Source: Psammoneis japonica | Lineage: Eukaryota | Length of the DNA stretch: 64,000 nucleotides | Reading direction: 5' to 3' | Assembly: GCA_008632985.1 (NCBI GenBank) | Contig: QPGO01000072.1 | Span: 124,001-188,000, forward strand | Shown here: positions 22,491 to 35,517 of the stretch, in pieces | How the letters are laid out: every line of letters begins with the position of its first letter | Numbering within the stretch: position 1 is the stretch's first letter | The notes under the pieces: generated by a model | Told to the model about the DNA's origin: nothing | Database searches by the model: none | Seen by the model: only the letters and a program-made list of their open reading frames with translations | Program-made: the position numbers and the translations under genes

Positions 22491-23219
22491 CTAGACTACC
22501 TGCCGCAGGTGGAGCTTCTATGTACCGGTGCCGGCATCTCCGTGTCTGTTTCGTAATCTCTTGGCATCAATTATCATATATTCCGCTCTGAGGATGAACA
22601 TCTAAAAAGTTTCGTTGAGCGTTAGCAAAGTACTGTACTAAAGTATCGGTACATTATTATCGGAATCATCGTTTTATAAACCTATGACTATGTAGGTACT
22701 AAATACGATTTTGAAATCTTATTTAAAAATATTCATGCACTAAGAAGGCGAGATTTATTTGCCGTTCATGATTACCTTCATTATATAATAAATGTTAATA
22801 TATGCGGATGATTATATTTTTTTGCCGCAACGCACATAGGAAAACTCCAAAACAGAAGCGTGGCGATTGACGATGTTGTGGCTAATTTCTAATGCGCTGT
22901 CAATACTGTATAATTGCATTAACTTTGACTTCATTGTGTGGGCGAGCTGCAGATCACTCGATGGTGTCTAGTTGTGACAGTCGCTGTAAAAAAAGATCTT
23001 TCGGCTGCCGTCTTTGATGCGCCGCATCTCGATTCTATCATTTTTGCATCATGTGCGTCACATACATCATTGTCTAACGGAACGAAGGCCGCCTTGTTTT
23101 TTGAATTCAGATTTTGGTGCATTTCACCGTTTGAATCGATAGCTTTTTTCGTTGTTTCGCCGTTTACTCCTGAACTGTGCCGCACACAATTTTTGCAAAG
23201 TTCGTACCGTTTCGCAATC

Positions 23220-23955
23220 ATGACGAACAACCACTCGGATCCTTTTGACAATGGCGGGGACTTCGATACACTGAAAAAGCGTATTCAGCAGATGGAGCAC
23301 GATCATGCCAAGATGGCTCAGATGGAGAAGGATTATGCCAAAAATGTTCGCATGATGAAAGGCGTGTTTGGCAATCTCGAAAAAGCCGCTGCGGAGAAAC
23401 GAGACTTGGAGCAAAAGATCGAGGACAAGGACAGAGAAGCTCAAGAGAAAGACAAGATCATCAAAGACATGACCGCACGTGCCGAAGACATGGCCGCCAC
23501 CAGCAAGACGGAAGTCGAGGCTCTCGTGGCTTTCAACAGTGAGTTGGAGCAAGAAGTCCAGGAGAAGAACAGAGAAGCTCAAGAAAAAGACTGGAGCCTC
23601 CAAAACATGACCGAGCGCATGGAAACCATGGCCGCCGTCATGAAGAATGATCGTGAGGAAATGGAGTCTCTCCGGGAACAAGTTCCTGAATATTTGCAGG
23701 CTGTGAAGGATGGGTTGACTACTGATGTCACGGAGTGCGTTGGGGATCTCGTTGGCAATGCCTTCGCCAGTGTCACCCCACCCAGTTCTGTTGCGCGGCT
23801 TATGGCGGAGCCGAAAAAGAGGAGCCGAGATGAAAATCAAGATGTTTACGCCGCAGTCACCCCCCAAGAAGCAACGTACCGATACATCCCCTGAACTTCC
23901 GTCGGAGCTGGAGGAGGAGAAGAAGGAGGAGACGGATGACGGTGACATTTCGTAG
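23220..23955 (+). CDS. Hypothetical coiled-coil protein with an internal ~41-aa duplication; likely frameshift at a C run near 23862
   Basis: LEQKIEDKDREAQEKD..MAA and LEQEVQEKNREAQEKD..MAA repeats; alternative-frame tail PKKQRTD...EEEKKEE. Confidence 0.6.
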
Positions 23956-24120
23956 AGCCACAAAACTCTATTGTAGTCTAAAGCACTTTACTCTCTAGCA
24001 CACGTCCTCAGATTGACTACATAGAGGGTACGTATTCTCCGACGCTGTACGTCCACTTTCGTACCCTGACAACTGTAGAGCGTGTTATAAAACTTATTGA
24101 AAATTTTGTACTTGTGTGAT

Positions 24121-26514
24121 TTATTCGTTTGGCTTGATAGAAAGTTTCATAAAATCCCAAGCCGCTGCAACGGCTTCTTCGCCGAGGCCACTTGTCTCCA
24201 TAGCTTGCTGTTCTATCCTGGTTGCCAGGGATATACTCTCTGCGGACTGGTCGCCCTTGTATCTAGCGCTAAAGTGGTTCAGTATCAGTCGTTTGGCACC
24301 GATTTGTTTTGCGAATTCTCCCGCAGTATGTGGTGTGGAATGTCCATGAACAATAGCATCCTTTGTGACGGCAGTGATATTGGTGCCCCTGTCTATGCCT
24401 TGCAAGTATGTGTTGGTCGCCTCGTGGACCAGAACGTCAGCACCCTCGGCTAGACCAGCAATGGCTCTCGAATCCGACGTATCGCCGCAAATGACAACCT
24501 TTCTCCCAATTCGTTCTGGTTCGACGGCTTCCTCCTGCGACACAACCGTGCCATCTGGGAATGTGAAGGAGCTACCCTCTGGCATGTTCTTAATGACAGC
24601 CATCGCCTTCATGGGGACCTTAAAGCCAGCGTCTCGGAGGGCATCCACATTTCGCCTTACAATTGGCTCAACGAGTTCGTTTCGTAACCTGCCTGGACGG
24701 TTGTGTTCCTTTACCACGTACCCAACGCATGGGACCTACGATGCATGAAAAAAGGGTGAGGGCGAGATTGCCAAAGAAAAAGATTTTGAATCCGCTGACT
24801 TACGCTATGTGACATGGGTGCCGCATACACCGCGATATCTTGTTCGTCTTCCAACACCCACACCGGTGCGCCATCGGTAGCTTTTGGGTGGTTGTAGTCT
24901 GGCATAATGTCTCTGCAAGAAGCAATCGAGCAGATGTTTACTGAGATACGCTTCAAATGGATAATATTTGGTTTCTTCTCATAGTATCGTGTTCTTACCT
25001 CCCCCCGTCCAGCTCTCCGTACTGCATTGATGGTTCAAAGTCCATGTCTTTCGCACACGTCACCCAGCTAGAAGGATCTTCGCCCGCAAGCCCTTTGCTT
25101 CCCCAGAATTCTTGTTGTCGCTGTCTTCTCCTGTTTGAAGCAAATATCCCGTTGAAATACTTGCCCGTTCGAGTGTTTCGAACCCATTCGGGTGCAATCG
25201 GAACGTCCACCAGCTCGTGCACCCGATATCGGGGCACAATACGTGAGGCGGAATACCGAATCGCAACACGAAGCCACATGCGCAATCCCTCTGGACCGTA
25301 AATATCAATGGGCGCACCCGAGCGGTCCCAATCTTGACCGATTGTACAAAGCAAACCGGGTAAACCAAAGGTATGGTCTCCGTGTGCGTGTGTCAAGAAT
25401 ATTTTAGAAATCTTGCTTGGCTTGATGTACGGTGATTTTTGGAGTTGCAACTAAGAAAGAGAAACAACAAGAGAGACGTGAATGGGTAAGTTGCGCCATA
25501 ATCAGTCCGAGAATACTCACAAGGAAACTCTCAAAAGTGACATCCGATTGCGTTAAAAAAGATGATTATCGCCACAGGACATCGAGAACAAATAATACGT
25601 GTCCTCGGTCTGGTGCCAGCATCTTGTGTTTCGTCCTTTGTCATTTTTCATAGCTGACAAACAGATCGAGTAGTTTTTCTTACCTGCGTGCATTCGCCAG
25701 CATCAAAGAACCAAAGTCCTCCACCAATGGGTTGCGTTTTTGGCAGCAGGGATTGCTGCAACGAAGCTGGCAAACTGGTCAAGTGCCTTTCTTGATGACC
25801 TCGTCTCCATCTCAGTCGAAGCGCTGTACACGAAACACCACGAGTTATCCCAGGAGCGCAACTCGCGGTACCAATGGTGATGAGTTCAAAATCAGCTTCG
25901 GTGCTATTCTGCATGATGGGATGATGCATCTGTCGAACATCCAAGTCACCATCGCCCAGTGCGGTAAAGTTTTCATCCTGTAACGGAGGATATCGCTGAT
26001 AGACTTTTTCAAAAATTAAATCCTTTGGTGACATTGTAGCGTTTGTTTTGTCGTCATTATTTATGGATGATTCGCCATTGATTCCTACTATTGGGTCTTG
26101 CAGCGGTGGCATGCCGAGTGGTTGTTTTACGGAATTTTTTCTTTCTGTTGTTTCGGTTGGTAAATTTTGCTTGAGATAATCAATTAAATCTTGTTTTCGT
26201 TTCAGCTTGGAAGATAAGCCTCGCTTCATTAAATTTTGATCAATTAACAATTGACGCAATTCCTTTACAGTCATTTTTTCCAACGTTGTGTGCTGCTGAT
26301 TTATTGTGGAGGAATACAGGGAGCAGCAGCTTCGGGTAGTAAACGTGTGGCGCGGCGGCTGTACAAACGCTAACGTTGATGACCAACATGTCAATATAAG
26401 ACATGCTGCTGATAGCCTCCATGTCGAATAAGTTGTTCTTGACAAATGGTTGGATGAGTAAGAGCTATTTTCTATTGCTGTGAACTCATGGTTGGGTCTC
26501 ATTTTTTCTGGCAT
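24121..26514 (-). CDS. Ribonuclease Z (tRNase Z, MBL fold), multi-exon, probably plastid-targeted
   Basis: GTASCAP, FDAGE, THAHGDH, CGDT, VHEAT, HGHST, LNHFSARY motifs; STLAF presequence; SAP-like TVKELRQLL..KQDLIDYL segment. Confidence 0.92.
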
Positions 26515-27110
26515 GTTCTATGTGTGTGACGGTATGATCCTTCGATAGAGACAATCGAGCTGCTCTTTTTGCAGTATTCTTCTTTCTGAGGAATAACTGC
26601 TTGTGAGAGAACGTGATTGCGGTGTTTACCATGGACTAAACGCAGATTCTCGACCAGGGATTGTTAATTCAATGCGGTAGATGCTGATCGATGGCTGGAT
26701 CAGTCGATTGTCGGCGTGCGTTTGCGTGGCTGGTGGCGCCTCGCGTGTGGTGCGCGCGATGACTTGTGGGTTATGACGCCTTCTTTTCTTGCCAACGTCT
26801 GTCTTCAATTTTTCAAATAAAACAAGTGCTTTATTACACAATGGAGAAGATCATGTGGACAACACTATGGCTATCTTAACCCATCATATTACTAGTAGAG
26901 ACTTTCTTTTGACTTGTGGGGACTCCCTGCGTTCGTAGCTTGTCAATGGGAGGTCATCCTTTTATCCCGAAACACAATAACACCGGTTCACAAAAACGCG
27001 CGTAAAAACACGTCCCCCGATTCGCCGACATGATCTTGCTTGGCGATAATCAACAATACAAGCTCTCCCTCTCTCTCGTTGCTTGAAGAAACACGTCTAA
27101 CCCCCCTCAT

Positions 27111-28004
27111 TTAAGCAAGACTGTCCTTGAGCTTCATGACAGACACAAACGTGACATAGGCCGTTCCAATCAAGCTCACAGACAAAAGAGACTGTCGCGT
27201 GAGCGAGAGTCCTCCAGCCGCGAGCCTGCTCCAAAGAATGCCTCCAATCACACCGGCATTGACCGCATTCTTGACCTTGCCATTGCGTCCGCGAGCTGCA
27301 ACAAGGTAGTAGGCAGCAACGGCAAGACTGGCGGTGACTTCGGCCTTGCCGTCAAACCAGGGCACCAGGTTGGGTAAACCGGCACAGGCAGCCATAATGG
27401 TGGCGACCGCCGTGAAGCTTGACATGATCTGGAAGGCAGCATTGTGAATGTTCACGTCGTTGTCACTGGTACCACGAAGGGGAAGGCCGCTAACGAGGGA
27501 GGTGAGAAGCAAGTAGCGGAGAGGAGTAGCGCTCTCGAGTGCCTTGCCAGCGCACAAGTTGGCAACCGCAAGACACGAAATGTCGCGCTGCGATAGTTCG
27601 TTCTGGTCTTCGGCAAGAGACGACTTGGCAATTGAGGCAACCTGCGCAATCGAAACAAGAGGCCATATGTAAAAAATCCACTGCGGAAATGCCATTAGTG
27701 CAGGAGTAGCTACCGAATTGGCAAACGCCGACGGAGCTGCATCGATCCCGAGCCTCGAGGAGCCGGCCTTTTTCGCAAACCAACAGAGCGTGACAATGGC
27801 GGGAGCATGATCAATGAATCTCATGCCTCTCGTCATGACAGCGTCATCCACCTTCTCGATGATTTCTTCGGTACGGTCCAAGAAATCGTCCGTCACGTCC
27901 GTGACCTTGTTTGTCAGCGGCGGCATTGTCATGGCCCTGTTTCGGGTGGGAACAGGAGCAAACGCCGTCGCGACAGCGGGAAGGAGGAAAAGGAAGAAAC
28001 GCAT
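27111..28004 (-). CDS. Plastid-targeted multi-pass membrane protein, unknown function
   Basis: MRFFLFLLPAVATAFAP bipartite presequence; several hydrophobic segments; intronless ORF. Confidence 0.8.
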   Translation of the reverse strand: MRFFLFLLPAVATAFAPVPTRNRAMTMPPLTNKVTDVTDDFLDRTEEIIEKVDDAVMTRGMRFIDHAPAIVTLCWFAKKAGSSRLGIDAAPSAFANSVATPALMAFPQWIFYIWPLVSIAQVASIAKSSLAEDQNELSQRDISCLAVANLCAGKALESATPLRYLLLTSLVSGLPLRGTSDNDVNIHNAAFQIMSSFTAVATIMAACAGLPNLVPWFDGKAEVTASLAVAAYYLVAARGRNGKVKNAVNAGVIGGILWSRLAAGGLSLTRQSLLSVSLIGTAYVTFVSVMKLKDSLA

Positions 28005-28429
28005 CTTCGTGGGTTGAGACAACAACTACTCTTGCTAGCTACTACTAGTAGAGAGGATCGATGAAGCAATGTGAGAAGATTTCACTGCGACGACGACGTG
28101 GTGCGAACTGTTTTGTGAAGGGCGTGTCAAGTCTCAAGTATGATACATACAGATCCGAATATATTTTTGAAATTTTCGTGACACCTGTGATACCGATGAC
28201 ATAAAATGCGAACTCAATGACGTAATCTATAAGAAGTTCTACATATTTCTACATATTATGTACAAGTCCGTCTGTCTCTCGCGCGCCATAATTGTTTCGT
28301 GAGGCGCGAACCGCCGCTCACATTTTGGCGGAATACCTTCAGCGAGAGACTCTTTGCTCGAGCGGTGGACATTTTCACTTGTAACAATTACAAAACAAAC
28401 TCGAACTGCAGTTTCACACACTAGAGAGA

Positions 28430-28918
28430 ATGAAATTCGACGTGGCTCTTTACGTACTCGTTGCCGCGGCATTGGCCACAAGCGCACAGTCGTCCTCGCT
28501 GCGGGGCAATGATGTCGTGGCGGCAGAAGAACCAAACACAAGAATGCTGCAAGAAATGTACGATGACGAGGACGAAGACGAAGACGAATTCAATGAGAAC
28601 CTTGTCATTGAAGTGGACTTGGACACAGACGACGATGAGTATGGCAGTGACGAAGAATTTGAAATCGATGAAGATGGGGAGGAAGAAGAGGAAGATTATG
28701 AAAGCGAAGGGGAAGACGAAGTTGGTGAATACGAAAGCGAAGGGGAAGACGAAGTTGAAGAAAACGAAAGCGAGGACGATGAGGAATATGATGACGATTC
28801 GGTAGACTACGAAGAGGAGGAGTACCCGGATTATGATGACGACGATACCGACGATGATTCTGTTGATTTGGAGGCCGAAGAGGAGGTTTATTTTGACACC
28901 AACGAAGAGATGGAGTGA
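28430..28918 (+). CDS. Secreted highly acidic (D/E/Y-rich) protein
   Basis: Signal peptide, SLRG and RML (RxL) motifs, acidic body with YESEGEDEV repeats. Confidence 0.85.
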   Translation: MKFDVALYVLVAAALATSAQSSSLRGNDVVAAEEPNTRMLQEMYDDEDEDEDEFNENLVIEVDLDTDDDEYGSDEEFEIDEDGEEEEEDYESEGEDEVGEYESEGEDEVEENESEDDEEYDDDSVDYEEEEYPDYDDDDTDDDSVDLEAEEEVYFDTNEEME

Positions 28919-30074
28919 TTTCTGACCAAACCGGCTTCATTTCTCTCCCAATCCATTATTCCATTTCATTTACAGCAACCCCACATATTCTAGAGACAAC
29001 TTTTAAATCTTCCGCATGAATGCGAAGCTACTAGAAATACCTCGAACACTGGTTCTCTAGCTTTGTCCCTCTTTTTCGCATGTCCATACATAAAGCGAAC
29101 TCATCACTTCCGTATCCGTTTTGGAATCGGCCTACTTGACAATAACCTTTTCGGCCCCTCTGCCGCTCAATGATTGACTTCGCGTACTAAGCAAATATTT
29201 TCTTCCTTTGCTAACGGTAATGATTCTTTGACGATGTATAACACAAGCTCCTCTCTCCTCGAATTAGACCTAGAGTAGCAGTAGGGAAGACAGGAGCTAC
29301 GTACTTCTAGCTATACCGTAATGTATTTTTATTTGAAGGTCTGACTGTCGAAGGGAACTGTGGTGTGATGCGCCCAATCCAACAGCACATCATTCCAGAG
29401 CTTCTGTCTCTGCGAATGCAGGATTTGGATCTTGGATCTTCGACTTCGACGCGTTGGTATGGATGCAAGCAAGTCCAACGTTGGGGATGTGTTCGCGTCT
29501 GTTCTCGAGAATTTATTGTTTCGTTCAAAACTTTCAATTAGAATATACTGTAGTATTGTATGTGTGGCTCTTCATGATCGAAAAACAGAACAGCAAGTAC
29601 ACCCTCGACTGTCAAGCCTTGATCTCTGTTGCACAGCTTTCAGTTTTTCTCGCTATCTCATGCGACTACCACTGCACTATTCGCCTAGTAGGTCCAACGG
29701 GATTAGAAAGGAGAAGCTCTAGAGAGAAGTGGCTCCCTCTCAACTCTTGCTATAGAGTAGCATAGATCTACTACAATGGACTCTATGGACTCTAGAGAAG
29801 TAGTAGTAGTCTAGTAGAGAGAAGGTTAGAGCGCGTGGTAAGTGGGCTGTTCCTCGAGATTTGGAAAGGCATCGATCTCTTTAAATGTTCATCTACAGTG
29901 ACATAAGCCTTCGTAACATTGACAGACATCCTTGGGCACTCTCCTACGCACGTTTCTGGTACTATTTTGAGGTCATTTGGAAGAACAGTCATTATGACAG
30001 TCGAAGACATTTCCAAACGAATTTTGGTCACAAAACGCCTTGATGCTGTTGTGGATGCAACGAAAAAACAAAAC

Positions 30075-30787
30075 ATGTCGGTCACGATGAACAAAGGCGT
30101 GTCGTTTGCTGTAGCAGTGTTTGTAGTCGCTTTGTTTTTCGTCGTCAATAGACGTCGGATCGTGACAAAGACCTTGACAGTAAGGTCGGCGGCATGGAAC
30201 AAACAACAACAGGGGCGATCGCTTTTGGAGGATGCTTCAGAAAACATGAGAAACAAAAGAACGAGGACTTGAGTATGATGATCTTGATGAGTACGCCGCG
30301 GATACATTCGATGATGATGATATTCTAGATGATGAGGTATTTGAGGATGATTACATTGTCGAAGATGACGACGAGTACTCTGTCGATGTCGAAGACGACG
30401 ACGAGCCGGCAGAAAAGCAAGAAGATTCAGACCATGGATGGAGGTGCTGACGTTGTCAAGGATGAAGTCTTTGCATACGACGAGCAAAGTGACTATGGTG
30501 ATGCTGACCAAGATGCATTGGGCTTTGATGGCGATACAATGGAGAATGCGGAGGAATACCTTTTCGGGGACTATGATCCCGAACACAATGAAGACATGGC
30601 TGAGGACGTTGCGCTTCGCAAAGAGGAATATGGCGACTACGACCCAAGCGCTCCAAATCAACTACAAGGAGACATGGTGGAAGAAGACAAGGATCTATAC
30701 GGTGACTATGATCCGAGCGCAGTACAAGAGGAAGGTCATGGGTATGACAATGCGGAAAACCTCCTTGATGGAGAGAATGGCGCATGA
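30075..30787 (+). CDS. Signal-anchored acidic D/E/Y-rich protein broken by two apparent frameshifts (~30260, ~30432)
   Basis: Hydrophobic N-terminus plus RSLL, then acidic frame LEYDDLDEY..., then a frame with (F/Y)GDYDP repeats. Confidence 0.6.
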
Positions 30788-31401
30788 AGGATGGCGAGGG
30801 CATGGGTGAGCAGACGGAAACCACCAGGGAGTTTTATTACAAAGGAAATGAACAGGAATATTTTGAAGAGGACGAAGAAGGATCCTAGATCGTTATGGGC
30901 ATGTTGCGTCATGTTGGTTTCTGGGAGGCATTGGCGCCAATCGATGGGCAATGCACTGCCAAACCGCCAGGTCCGAGATAAGAAATTAGTGAAGAATGCT
31001 GTACATACCACCTCATCTTTTTCTCTTTTCAATCTGATTCGATTTCATGACAGCCGTGAGACAGCCGTGAGACAGCACAGCTATTCTAGACTCTGCACTT
31101 GTTACCCTCTTTTAGTACCTTTGGTAAACCTTGGTTTCATAGAGGCCTCTAGCTAGCTAGCTAGAGAGACCATACTCATTACGCCGAAACAGCGTGTCGG
31201 TCACGAACACCCGAATTTCAAATAAACGGACACTCTCTCAAACAGGCACCAACTTCTGCCCGCGCGCACACGTCGAACGTTGCGAGACGATGAGAAAAAG
31301 ACTGCCAATACAACGCAGCGCAGCAAGAAGCATCGCAACAGTCACTCTCTCAGTGATTATACGCCTCCCCGTAAAGATACCTTTCATCTCTGTTTTGAAA
31401 C

Positions 31402-31810
31402 ATGAAGATTCATCTTTGGCTATTTATGCTTCTTCTCGCCATGGCGTTGCTCTCTGCAGCCAGCGCTGATCCCAATCAGCCAACAGCTAACGAGGACGAC
31501 GACGATGATGATGAGTGAGTGTGAGCAAAACGCGGGTCGCCCTTGTCAAAAAGACCTAGTTTCTAACATTTTTATCTGTCGTATTCCTTCTTTCGATAAC
31601 GCCAGTGATGAGTACAGCGATGATGACTACGATGAGTGAGTGGCTGTCGGTTGTTTGGAAGTTCCGTTGGAAGGGTCATTTGTCTGCATGATTGATCAAT
31701 TGTTACTAACGCCTCTTTTCTTACTTGTTGTTTTGGTAACCCGATTCATAAACAGTGACTATGTCTTTGATGGAGATGAAGACGGGGATGAAGATGGAGA
31801 TGAACTGTAG
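31402..31810 (+). CDS. 65-aa secreted poly-Asp peptide; exons 31402-31514, 31606-31635, 31756-31810
   Basis: Signal peptide MKIHLWLFMLLLAMALLSAASA; two GTGAGT...CAG introns with CTAAC branch points; frame preserved; ends GDEL-stop. Confidence 0.8.
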
Positions 31811-32898
31811 AAAAGGAGCTGTAGAACTTGCTTGCAAGATGCGATTAGCATTTAGAGTCGGAGCGGTCGGATCGAAGAATCGAGTTGCGTGTAGCGCCAA
31901 ATTTAGGAGATGAAGCTTGGAGGACTAGCGCTTGTTGTTTTTCGGTACTGTATATAGCCTCTAGAGTCGGTAGATATTTTGGCTCTGTAGCTACTAGGTT
32001 TTTGTGAGCTTGTTAGCATGTTACTATTTGTCGAGACGACTCTCTACTTGTATTGATTTCCTCGTCGTGCCTCATGTTGACGTTATATCTCGACATACTT
32101 TCACGAGTTGTCGGCTTTTCAGGACGTTTATTATCTTCTTGGTTGTCTATTATTTGAAGTGGAAGCGATTGGAGATTTCAAAACTTTAAACATCATTCTC
32201 GTAAGATGTAATCAGCCGAAGAGCATTCCTAGGAACGAGAAGAGGCGGCGAACGCCGTGTGGCAACTACTGAAGAATATCTAGAGAGGGTACGAGTATAC
32301 AATATTGTAATAGTTTAGTTTCAGTGAGAGTTTTGTCTTTTTTCAAAACACCCATTATCAGCTTCGAACCAAGCAGGAAGAATGGTGCGGAAAATGCATT
32401 GATGATTCCACGCGGCGAAAGAAAAGAACACGGTAGAATCATCGTTCGAAGCATATTCAAGACGAACTGATGGCCGGTCGGCGGAAGAAGGTTCCGCACC
32501 GCGATTTGAATTTGAACGGGACAGATTTTGGGTAAAATGGTGCGCTTTTGATTTTTGCCTCGGTTTTGGAGTGAAGCTAGTTATGGCTTTATCAATTTGC
32601 ACATGAATGACCCAGCGTGCCAAAGTTGTGAGCACATTGTGTGCCAAGGCTTGTGATATCACTCTTTGGGTTCTCAAAAAACCGGAAGAATCTTCTCGGA
32701 ACAGCTCGACTTATGGAAGAATTTGCCGCGCGAGTAAGTGTGTGCTAAATTTTTCATGTGTGACGTGAGCCCGTAAGACCAATGCCCGCGGGACGCGGGA
32801 ATCATCGGCTTTGAAAACAACGGTCACAAAAAACGAACACATCCAACCATCACTTAAAGCACACAATCGTCGCAACGTGACATTATTCACTGGAAAAT

Positions 32899-34561
32899 AT
32901 GAATGAGGTGCCAAGCGCCATCTTCACAACCGCGGCTCCGGCAGCCATGGATGCGGACCCATCAAACGCCGCTGCCATGGGCGACTACGAGCAGCTCAAC
33001 TCCATCCCCGACGCCGACGGCAACCAAGAGGATGCAAGCGTTGCCGTTTCTTCGATCGAAACCTCGCCGTTAAGGAAGAGTCAAGAACGAAGCCGCGAAA
33101 GCGTCGACTGTCACGACAGCGATCCATCTCCGGATCGTAACGATACTCTTTTCGACAAGCCCTTCTATTCCACGAACTTCGTCTCCACGACCTTCAATTC
33201 CCCGCCGTGGAATAGGAGCGCCGACCCGACCGGACCGGATCCGAGCACGACGCACACAACGAATGCTTTGGCCGCGTACACCTCTCCGTGTCTCCGTCAA
33301 GTCGACACGACCGAGGAGAGAGACATGGTCCCAAGCTACCGCGAAGGAAGCGGCACCCGGCGTTATTCGGGCCCGCCCGAGTCATCGGGGGGATACCGCC
33401 ACCGCAGGAAATACTTTCCTCCTCGATATGGATCGCCCTACCCTGAAGTTAAGCCGTACATTTCTACAACTTTGCCTGGCGGATTCTACGATTTCTCCAA
33501 GGAGGCTAGTACCCCTCCAACTCGTCCCGATATCGAATACCAAGCACAAGTCCATCCCGCACCATTGTTTCCGTATCATTACTACCCGTATCAGGCTCCT
33601 CCCGTGGGCAAGAGCGAATACGTATCGCCCGCATCCAACGTTCGTCCCTGCCAACCTTTCCTTGGCGTGAGTCCGTATCAAGAGAATGGAAACCAAACCG
33701 TGTCGCGCGCCGTTACGTTTTCTCCCCAGAATCAAAAGGAAACAAAGACGTTGCCGCCTCCTCGTTCGTCTCCAGCAGCGGCATCCGCTCCTCCGGTAGC
33801 CAAGAGCGAATACGTAGCACCCCCATCCGACGGTTCCTATTTCCGAGACACGAGCCCCTATCACGAGACTGCAAAGGCCGCCGTGTCGATTTCTCCTGCC
33901 AGTCAAAAGGAACAAAAGCCGCCGCCGCATAGGATTCGTTCCTCTCCAGCATCCATGGCATCTTCCACCACCACCTCCGCCTCTTTGGCGTGGCTTCGCC
34001 CTCGCTACAACAAAAAGATGAGCAGGCGCAACAAGGTCTCATTGGACACGTGGTATGCACGCTTGCGAGATCTCTATGAATACAAGGCCAAGCACGGCGA
34101 CTGTATGGTTCCGCAAAAATATCCTCCCAATCCCGCACTTGGAGTTTGGGTGAACAAACAGCGTGTAAGTACAATACAAGCTACCAATTGTTCCAATGTA
34201 CAAATTCTGTAGACTCACTTTTTTGTTTTCCCAGATGGAGCATAAGCTTCGCGAAGATGGTGAAAAGTCATCCATGACGGATGAGAAGATGGAAGAACTT
34301 CAAAAGGTTGGATTCGTTTGGGCTAAACGCAGAGGCGATCATTCGTGGACGGCGAAATTTGAACAGCTGCGCAAATACTATTACGAGCATGGCGATTGCT
34401 TGGTTCCAACCAAGTACTCCAAGAATCCTTCGTTGGGCAGGTGGGTCAGCACTCAGAGGTCTCAGTACAAGTTGCTCCAGCAAGGACAAAGGTCAACCAT
34501 GACTGAGACGAGGGCCGCCAAATTGAGCTCCATTGGTTTCAAGTGGAACGTTCTCAAATAA
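32899..34561 (+). CDS. Helicase-associated (HA) domain protein; intron 34165-34234
   Basis: Two W....L..YK..HGDC.VP.KY..NP.LG.WV..QR repeats after a disordered Pro/Ser-rich N-terminus. Confidence 0.9.
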
Positions 34562-35109
34562 GGAGCTCCAGGCCAGACTTGGATTATTGGGTGCGCATAT
34601 CTGTGTTATATTCCGCACCGAGTTCCGAGCTTGCGAATCTATCCGCCACATTAAGGGCCTATGCCTTCTGTCTCGATCCTTGTTATGTCTCAAGAACACT
34701 CTGCTTCCGCTTTTTGGTGGAAAATATATGTAAGCCTCTACATTAAGTTATCCATTTCATTTTCTTCAAGAAGTATCCGCGCAGAATTCCGACACTGACA
34801 ACTAAATATTGACACTCTTTCCGAGAGGCTGATGACAAACAACAATCTCAGTCCAAAAATTCATGAGACTGATTTTCATAATCTGTGTCAAGCATAGCGT
34901 CCTACAAAAGGTGCGAGCGCAGCATATTCAACGAGATGTTGCTATAATGCTACCGGTTCCCATCATGATCAGCTTCACTTTTTGTGATTTGTGATGCGGG
35001 TTGTTGTGCTTTTCGCGAGAACGGAAGATCCTTTTTCGCGCGCTTTCGCTCACCATACAACTTTCCCTCCAATGCCACGTCATCAAATTGATTTCAATGT
35101 AACTTCATG

Positions 35110-35375
35110 CTCTACTCTACTCTCTAGAGTAGAGCTAGCTCTAGCTAGTAGTAGCTACTACTCTAGTAGAGAGAGAGAGTAGTAGTAGAGTAGAGAGTAA
35201 AAGTAGCTAGGGCCCTAGCTTTGGGAATCGCGATGCTTGAGTTGATCCTCTATTTATAGGCACTTTAGAGTACTTTAGCTAGAGTAGAGAGTACTCCAGT
35301 CGTACTACCGTAGAAGTAGCTACTCTAGAGGGTTCCTGCTTCCTGCCTACCGCTAGCTTAAAGCTAGGGCCCTAC
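35110..35375. repeat. TAG/CTA-rich low-complexity patch
   Basis: Dense ctagctagtagtagctactactctagtag and ctagggccctag palindromes. Confidence 0.75.
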
Positions 35376-35517
35376 CGAGTGCCATGGCAGTCCTCGCACT
35401 TCTGTGATCACAAAAATAATTCTTACAAATGGCCCCGAAGACGGTATCCTGTTAGGGCTTAACTGGTACGCTCCATTTCGGAAGCAAAAAGACAGCTCGG
35501 AAAAAATTGCCTATTGA

